From positions 316,324,001-316,388,000 of the forward strand of contig OZ024743.1 of assembly GCA_964016885.1 (NCBI GenBank): DNA of 64,000 nt, given 5' to 3'. This document shows, in pieces, positions 39,446 through 48,400 of this stretch. The position numbers were made by a program, and so were the translations under genes. Below the pieces are notes generated by a model, which saw only the letters and a list, made by a program, of their open reading frames with translations, did not search any database and was not told the origin of the DNA. Origin of the DNA: Eledone cirrhosa. Lineage: Eukaryota. The first letter of the stretch is position 1; each line of letters starts with the position of its first letter.

Positions 39446-42400
39446 CAGATGACTAGATTTTTATAGCTGAATCCACAAAAAATTAGTAAATAAGTTCCAA
39501 ACTATGGAAATGAAATTTGGACTCAAAAGGTCTGAAAGTAAACTTAGCCAAAACTAAAAGTGCTAAAGAAGATAGAACCCTGATCCCTTCAAGGAAGTGG
39601 CACTGCTCCATATGTAGAAAAGGATTAGGCATAAACTCCATACGGTGTACACAATGTAAATCTTGGGTACACAAGAGATGTAGTGGGATAACAGGTAGAC
39701 TAACAGGAAAGGAAGACTTTGTATGTTGAAGATACACATGAGTAATCATAGAGAAGAGGGTAGTGATATAAACCTCTGTGTCACGGTTGATAGCTTCTGC
39801 TATCTGGGTGATTTAATTAGCAGTAGGGGAGGGTGCTCTAAGAATATAATAGCTAGAATAAGGATAGGATGGAAGAAATTTAGAGAGCTACACCCACTGT
39901 TAACAACAAAAGGTTTCTCCCTACTTACAAAAGGACACTTGTCTGGCAACTGTGATGTTGCATGGCATGCGCAGACTGGACAGAAATGAAGCAGATTATG
40001 GCAGAGGGGACTGTCAAACGTTTTCTCCACATCAACAAATACCAGGTAGCGGGGCTTACTTTTAGCTAAGTACTTCTCCTATAGTTGCTTCACAAGGAAG
40101 AGGGTGCCTGTGGTACTTTTACCTGTCACAAATTCCTAATCAGCTGTGCTTTAACAACTCTTTCTGTTACCTCAGTTCATATACAACTATATACAGTAAT
40201 TAATTTATAAAAAATAGTTCATACCTTTAAGCTCAACATCTGCTCCAGAATTAAACCAATCCTGCCGTACATTGCTCTTGGTGTGAGAAAAGCGGTAATG
40301 TTTAAAATATGTAGACACTAGATGAATATGAACCTCATATCTGTCTTTAGCATCTGGAACAAGGAAAATATACGATATGGAAAATACATGGGAAACATCA
40401 GAAATGGGTAAAAGCACTAGAGAGCCAAACTTCTAATGGAAAGAATTTTTTATTACTCTTGATATCAAACCACTCAATACCAAACCACTGTTGATTCTAT
40501 AATACAAAACTTGATACCAAACCATCCTTGGTTGAGTTCATAGAAAATATAGTAAACCCATATGCAGAAAAATAATTGTAAATACAGTTGTTTGCTATAA
40601 ATAGCTTAGAAAATTAGGTAAAGACCACTTACAGATGGAAACATTTGCCAGCAGCTGCTATGAGGAATCAAACCCTATATCTCTCAGATACTAGCTGGGT
40701 GCTTTGACCATTGAGCTAAGAGACTTCTGACAACACCTTATCATCTCAATTAGGAAGCTTAACCCTTTAGCATTTACATTACTCTATATATACTATTGTA
40801 TTTTCATAGTAAAGTCTTTATTTCACTCAATATCGAATCTATGAGATTTTGATATTATTTATTTTGAGAACACCTTAACATCAGTATGAGTGGCCAGTTA
40901 CAGTTGATTTAAACAGAAAGAAGTGAGAGATACAGCCGGTTTAAATGCTAAAGAGTTTATCAAATAGCTTTGAAAATGTAAACAAACAACATATGCAAAG
41001 TTCAAGACATTTGAATTCCTGGGAGACTATGAAGTCCTTAGAAAATGTAGTTTTTTCACAAAAATAACTGTAAATACAGTCGGTCACATACAATGTTTAC
41101 CAAACTATTTGTTTTAACCTTCTTAATACCAAGCTGGCAAAAGCTGAATCTGGTTCTCTAAAATGATGTTATATAGGGGTCAAGAACACAACATAGGGGT
41201 CCAGTGGAGTCAAGAACACAACAACCTCTCTCATGTTGGTGATCTACACAATAAATACACCCAGTACACTCTGTAAAGTGGTTGGGAATAGGAAAGGTAA
41301 TCAGCCAGAGAGAACCTGCTAAACAAAGGGTCAGGAACACTGTTCAGCAACGTGGAAGACATGGCACTCTCTGATGGTAGAGTACAGAAACAGATGTAAG
41401 AGAAATGCAGACTCCCAGGCCATGAGAGGTCCATAGCTCTGATTAGACACTAATTTGGTTTATGATGACCCATTCAACTCTAGGTAGCAAGGAAAACAGA
41501 CATTAAATGATGATGATAAACCACATGTTAAGTTATTATCTTGGCAATGAAATAATAAATAGTTTTAGTACATCCCTTAAGATTCTTCATTAATAAATTG
41601 AAATAGAGTGTAGGTTCATCAGAAATCTGGTTACAAAAAAGTTTAGTGCTCAGATTTTAAAATTTTCCATTAAAATTTTATGCAAGAACTTTTGTTTAGT
41701 TATGTTCCAAACACTGGTTGCATAATGAGAAAGTTCATCATCATCATCACCATTTAACATCCATTTTCCATCCTAGCATGGGTTAGAGAAGTTGTCCCAT
41801 TGAAATCTTTCTGGCTTGGTATCTACAGCTGGATGCCCTTCCTAATGCCAACCACATTTACAGCGTGGTCTGGGTGCTTGTTATTGTCACCAAAACTACA
41901 TTACAGGGTGGACCAGGTGCTTTTTGTCATGTCACCAGCACAACCACCTTACAGAGTGGATTGTGTGCTTTTAGTCATTTCAGCAGCACATCCACCTTAG
42001 TGTGAACTGGGTGCTTTTTGTCATATTACCAACAAGACCACTTTACAGCATGAACTGGGTGCTTTTTGTTGTGTCACCAACATGACCACCTTACAGGGTG
42101 AGCTGTATTAATAAATTCCTCTAAAAGCTTGATCATATTCAAAATTATTGGAAAGTCATAGGCAATATCTTTCATTAGAAATATGGTAACAAAGATTTAA
42201 AGAAACATTATAAACGACAACTGATGGAGTTGAAGTCTTACCTTGAATTACAGCTACAAGAATTGGTTTATAAGGATCACCATGATGGTAAGTGAAACTC
42301 AACGTTTCAATAAATTCTTCCTTCTTCAGGTGGGCAGCCAAGGCTACCAAATACAGAGCTCTCTTGCGGATATAGCGCTGGTTCAAAAAGTCTCTAGCAT

Positions 42401-45400
42401 CAAAGAATTTCTTTAAAATCAAAAAAAAAAAAAAAAGTAATTTAAATAGAAAATAGAAAAAATCTTTATAATAAATAATTGACATTTTATGTCCATAATC
42501 CATGCTGGCATCAGTTGAAAAGGTTGCTACAGACAAAGTCAATACTTAATCGGAACTACTGTCCTCTTAGGTGAGTCAGGGGACTATGTTTTGATAAATA
42601 AATTCTATTTTTGGCTTGGTTTCTACAGCTGGATGTTCTTTCTAATGTCAATTAGTTTACTGGGTGTGTATGTCAGATACATTTTATTATGGCACCAGCA
42701 CTAAAGAGTTTTTTTAACCCTTTGTATGCTATGGTTTCCACAGCTTTATTAGGTCTATCAAATGCATTTTATTGGTAGGACCAGTACTAGACAGACTGCC
42801 ATGTCCTATACATTACTGAAGAGTTCACTTTACCTTTTTTTGGCAAGTTTACAGCTGGATACTCTTCCTAAATGTCAACCACAAAGTACATTTTATCATG
42901 GTACCAGATTGCTATGTCCTAGATGTGACTGAAAAGTCCACTCTATTCTACGTAATCCTTTATAATAATTCTATTAATTTAATAATACATTAGACTACAT
43001 TAATCAATAGTCTGGCTGGCATTTTGTGACATGAGCCATCAATAATAGAAGATCTGATCTTAACTCCAGAAATAATTCAACTGGGAGCTAAATTCTAGTC
43101 ACAAATTCAGCTAACCACCAACTTAAATGTTGAGAGTATGAAAGACAATTGCACAAGTATGGACAGTAATACATATGGATGATGACAGTTGGATGAAGAA
43201 ATGAAGGCGTTCTAAGTGGAAAGAAGCTATGATAGAGATAGATCAAGTAATTCTTGGGCAGACCTGGGGATGTTGAACCTCACAAAGGAGATGACAAATA
43301 AAAGAGACAAGTTTGTGTACTGGTATGGACATATAGTGCATGGATGATGATGTGCCAAAAGTTACAAATGGAAAGGAGTTATGGTCAAGGAAGACCTGAA
43401 CAAAGGAGGTAAAGTAAATCTCAGAAGGCTGAACCTCACAAAGGAGATAGCAAAAGAAACAAACAAGTGAAGGGACAACATGAGAGAGAAGACCTATCCA
43501 ACCCATGCAAACATGGAAAAATATACATAAAAATAATGATGAATACGTACCTTTGGAATCTTCACAGCTAAATCAACATGCAGCCCCAGTTTTAGACAAA
43601 TATCTAATGAGAAACTGCCAATTATATTTACTGATGTTGGTGGATGAAAGCAAAATGTCCCTTCAACTGTAGAAGGTTTCTGCACTAAAGGAACTGAAAG
43701 GCCACATTTCTGAACCCATTCTTGATCATCTATCTAGAAAGAGAAAAAAAAAAACAAGGGTATTTTAGAAAATAATTTTCTTTCTTTTTTTATAAAATCA
43801 CAATAGTTGTAAAGTTAACCCTTTGTTATCATATTTCTGATGAAAAGCAGTTTTAAAGGCATTAGACAACCCAAGGTGCCATGCAATGGGACTGAACATG
43901 AAACCATGTAGTTACAAAGCAAACTCTTTAACCACATCACTACACCTGTGTCTATGATAGACATACATACTTTAGTTTATCATTCATCTTCATCATTATC
44001 ATTTATCATCATTATTCTTGTCTAAAAGAAAGTCTGAAGTCTGTCTCAATCCCAGAGGCTCATCAGGCCGGTGCTTTTTCCAGGTTTTCATGGCATTAAG
44101 TGACTGAAAGTAGAAGACTTCCCCCTGGACAGGACACCAATCTATCACAGGTTTAAACCCCCAGCTATTGCAAGAAATCATCATTATTATGACTAGCAGA
44201 GTTATTAGAGCGTGGGACAATATGCTTTGTGGCATATAGTTACATGTTCTGAGTTCAAATCCTGCCAAAGTGCCAGTAACCCACTGGAGTTCATTTAGTC
44301 AACTTTCTCTTTCCCTAGAGAGGTTTTTGGTCCTTATCCCAATAGAAGAGCCTTTTCTACTCTGTGGGGGGTTTGGGTATGAAGTTATGGCAAGTGTGGT
44401 GCGATTTGACAGGGTGATGAGTGGGGAAGAGGTGACTTTTGTTGGCATAAGGTGGCAGGGATTTGGTGGTGAGAACATCGAACCAAAGATAGTGGTAGTA
44501 GGGGAGTATGGATGGTTCGGTCAATAGTGCAGTGAGGGGATGGCACTCACTAATGTCAGGAAGGGGAAGTGTAGTAATAGAGAGAATACCTAAGAAGCGA
44601 CAGGAGAGAGGGCATAGAGGTGAAGAGAGTAGCTACTAGGGTGCAATAGTGAGGGTATCAGAGGGCTTTAGAGTGAATACTGGAGGGGGCATATATGAAG
44701 TGGGGAGTATGTAGTCATGGAGAGGATAGCTGCTTGAGAGTCCTAGTGGAAGGGGAGATAAGTCAGGTTACATTATATGGTGTTGGTCCTTTGACCAACA
44801 CCATACAATGTAAGGTTTATAAAAACTAAACTAAGGTTTAGTTTTTTTTAAGGTCAGTCTTCATAACCTCATTCCTAGTTTTCTTGGGTCTGCCTCCTCC
44901 ATAGGTCCCAGCTGGGGTTTCTCTACATTTTTTATGCAGTCGCTCAGTTCCATATGCATTATATATGTCCATGCAATCTAGCAAACTACATCCAATTCTA
45001 CTTATGTCAAGTTTTTCCCTCAGTTTGTTTATGCTACATACACACTAACATTACACAATCATTGGATTGATATATATCTTATATATCAAAAGTATATGTA
45101 TAAATTTAACCCTTTTTTGCCGCATTTCTAATGCAAGTCCCTGTCTAGGACTTTGAAATAATTTTTTAAATAATCATGAAAAAAATGGAGGGATTTAGTA
45201 AGACAACTTTTTCGTTATTAAGCTGGTATTTGGAAAAGGTTTTTAAATGAAATTATAGTGGAATATTTTTATATAAATATAAACAAGTTTAAGAGGGTGT
45301 TGTAGTTTGCTTGAAACATTGTGTAAAGTGTAGAAAATAATGTTTTGTTGGAAGGCTACAGCAATATGAATTGGATGGTAAATATAAAAAAAATGATAAT

Positions 45401-48400
45401 GATGATGGAGAAGGTTTACCTTGCAGTTCTTTATAGCTGCTTAAATTATGGAATAAAATCTCTACATCAAAAAATTAATAGAAGGAATTAGTTCAGAGCT
45501 GCATATATTTTTTCTTTTGTCCCTCATGATGACGGGATTTTATCTTGAAATATAAGGACCTATAAAAAACTGCAAGGTAACATACCAACATCTTTGTTAT
45601 ATTTTTAATGGTTATGGTCCAATTCAAACAAAACCCTATTTTAGAAACAGGTTGTTTAATAGAATCAAAGATGATTTCAAGTAATTTGGTATCAAAAAGG
45701 TTTCAAAAACAACATCCAGATCACTATTAAATGAAAGAAAAAAGAACAACTTACTTGGTAAGTGTCACCTTTTGTTAAGTTCTGTAAGGCACCAATAACT
45801 TTCTCCACACTTTTCTCTATTTTGGTTCTCTTTGCAAAACTGACTTTTACCTCTGATAGAAGTTCTTTAATCTTTAGAAAGAAAGAACAAAACAATATCA
45901 CACATTCCATCACTAATTCTTCTCAATATAAAATATTTATTTTCATTTTAAAAATAAATTTAGTTAAAATATACCATACAGATATCACTGTACAATATAT
46001 ACCATTCAAATATCACTGTACAATATATACCATACAGATATCACTGTACAATATATACCATACAGATATCACTGTAAAATATATACCATACAGATATCAC
46101 TGTACAATATAAACCATACAGATATCACTGTAAAATATATACCACTGTACAATATGTACCATACAGATATCACTGTAAAATATATACCACTGTACAATAT
46201 GTACCATACAGATATCACTACAATATATACCATACGGACATCACTGTACAATATATACCATACAGATATCACTGTACAATATGTTCCATACAGATATCAA
46301 TGTACAATATATAGTATATAGATATCACTTTACAATATATACCATACAGACATTTGTACAATATATAGTATATAGATATCACTGTAAAATATATACCATA
46401 CAGACATCGCTGTACATTGTACACTATATATATATCACTATCAATATATACCATACAGACATCTGTATAATGTATACCAGACATCACTGTACAATACACA
46501 CCATATAAATATTATTGTACAAGGGCACAAACTAGTGACTAGTGATGGTGCCACTCTAGATATACCGCAGATGCAGCCAGTCATTAGGGTATCACTCTAG
46601 ACATGCTACTGGTGCAGCCAGTCATTAGAGTGCCACATATGCAGCCAGTTGTTGGGGTGTTACTCTAGATGTGCTGCTGGTACAGTCAGTCGTTGGGGTG
46701 TTACTCTAGATGTGCCACTCTAGACACTTTCAGTCAGATGATACCATTGGTCTCTATTCTCCGGCATACATAGAAGTATCTCAGTGTTGTGACTAGACCA
46801 GGATTTTCTTTGTGTGCCTCTTCTTCACCCTCCCTCGACTGTGTCCTGAAGGATGGTTTTAGACAAGGAGTTGTGAAGCGATACATGACCATACCAGGTA
46901 TCTAATATATAGACCATAATCCCAAATAAGCAAGTCTGAGAAATAATCCAACATCACATTGCCCCGCCAATCCACAAAGCCCTCACAATAGTGAAGAAAA
47001 GAAAGTTGAGATGATATAGTCATTTTAACATGATCCAGTGGTCTTGTAAAGACCATTCTACAAGGAACTGTGGAGGGGCAGAAAGAGAGAGTAGACAGTA
47101 AAATGATTAATGGAGACACAAGCTCTGACACGCAACTGTGATAGATGGAAAGAAACTGGTGCATAGTTTCCATCTACTAAACTCATTCACAACACATTAG
47201 TCAGTTGAGGACTATAATAAAAGACACTTGCCCAAGCAAACCTCTTACCACACAGCCATGCCTGCACCCATATCTGTCAGGAGATCTCCCAGCCACTTTG
47301 GGGTGGGTGAGAGATGTCTTTTCTTGTGAAAATGGGTATAGGTTTCATTATGTAAAATCTCTCCAAGTTTTACCTTATTTCTCCCCGTTTTGGGGCACTT
47401 TTTTGAAAGGATATTAGAGGTTGGCAGGTCTGCAGCATCTTTTCACATTTCCAAATAAACTGAATAGTGCCACTTCAATTTAACAATTGAAATAAATAAA
47501 AAGCAGGAGTGGTGGAAAGACAAAGAGCTGATCATTAGATCAAACAATGTCAAAACAATATTTCTCTTATCTGAAAGAAGAAAGCACATAACTTACCTGC
47601 ATTCGGAAAAGAGATGAATGCTGCAGATTTTCAATTTCTTTGTACTCTTTCATTTCTTCAGCTGTTGGTGGAGCAACATTTTGCTCTCTACAAATCTTTT
47701 TCTTACTCCCTACTTGTTCCAATTTTTTCTGCAGGCAAAAAAAAAAAGTTATTCAACATCATCGTCGTCATCATTTTAATGTCCACTTTCCCTGGTAGCA
47801 AGGGTTGGATGGATCTACATAGACCAAGTCTGTACAGAAACAGGGCTACTGATCTCTTAGATAGGCCGGGGGTCTGCATCTCATTTATGTATGGTCTCAT
47901 ATGATTATATTTCAAATTAAGTTGTGACAATTACATTTTTTCATCATTTTATGTTTGTTTTCCATAGATCAGATGAGTTGTAATGATCCAAGTCTATAAG
48001 GTTCTGAGAACCACATCTTCATTGTACATTCCATTTTTGGTATGGTTTCTACAGCTAGGTGCCCTTCCTAATGCCAACCACTTCACAAAGAGTAACAGCT
48101 GCATTTTGTTATGGTACCAGCACTACTACTTTACAGTGTACTGAGTGCATTTTATCATGGTACCATCACTACCACTTGAGAGAGTGAACTGGTTATATTG
48201 CATAGGGGTACTAACACTTTACAGAATGGGCTGGGTACATTTTATTGTGGTACCAACACTGCCACGTTACAGAGTGTACTTAGTGCATTTTATCATGGCA
48301 CCATCAGGAGGAGTTGTTAATGTCCTCAGCAGGGCTAAAGAGGTCATCTCAAATCTTACATTGTCTCTGTTGGAATGCCAGTGTGACGCCAATACTAGCG

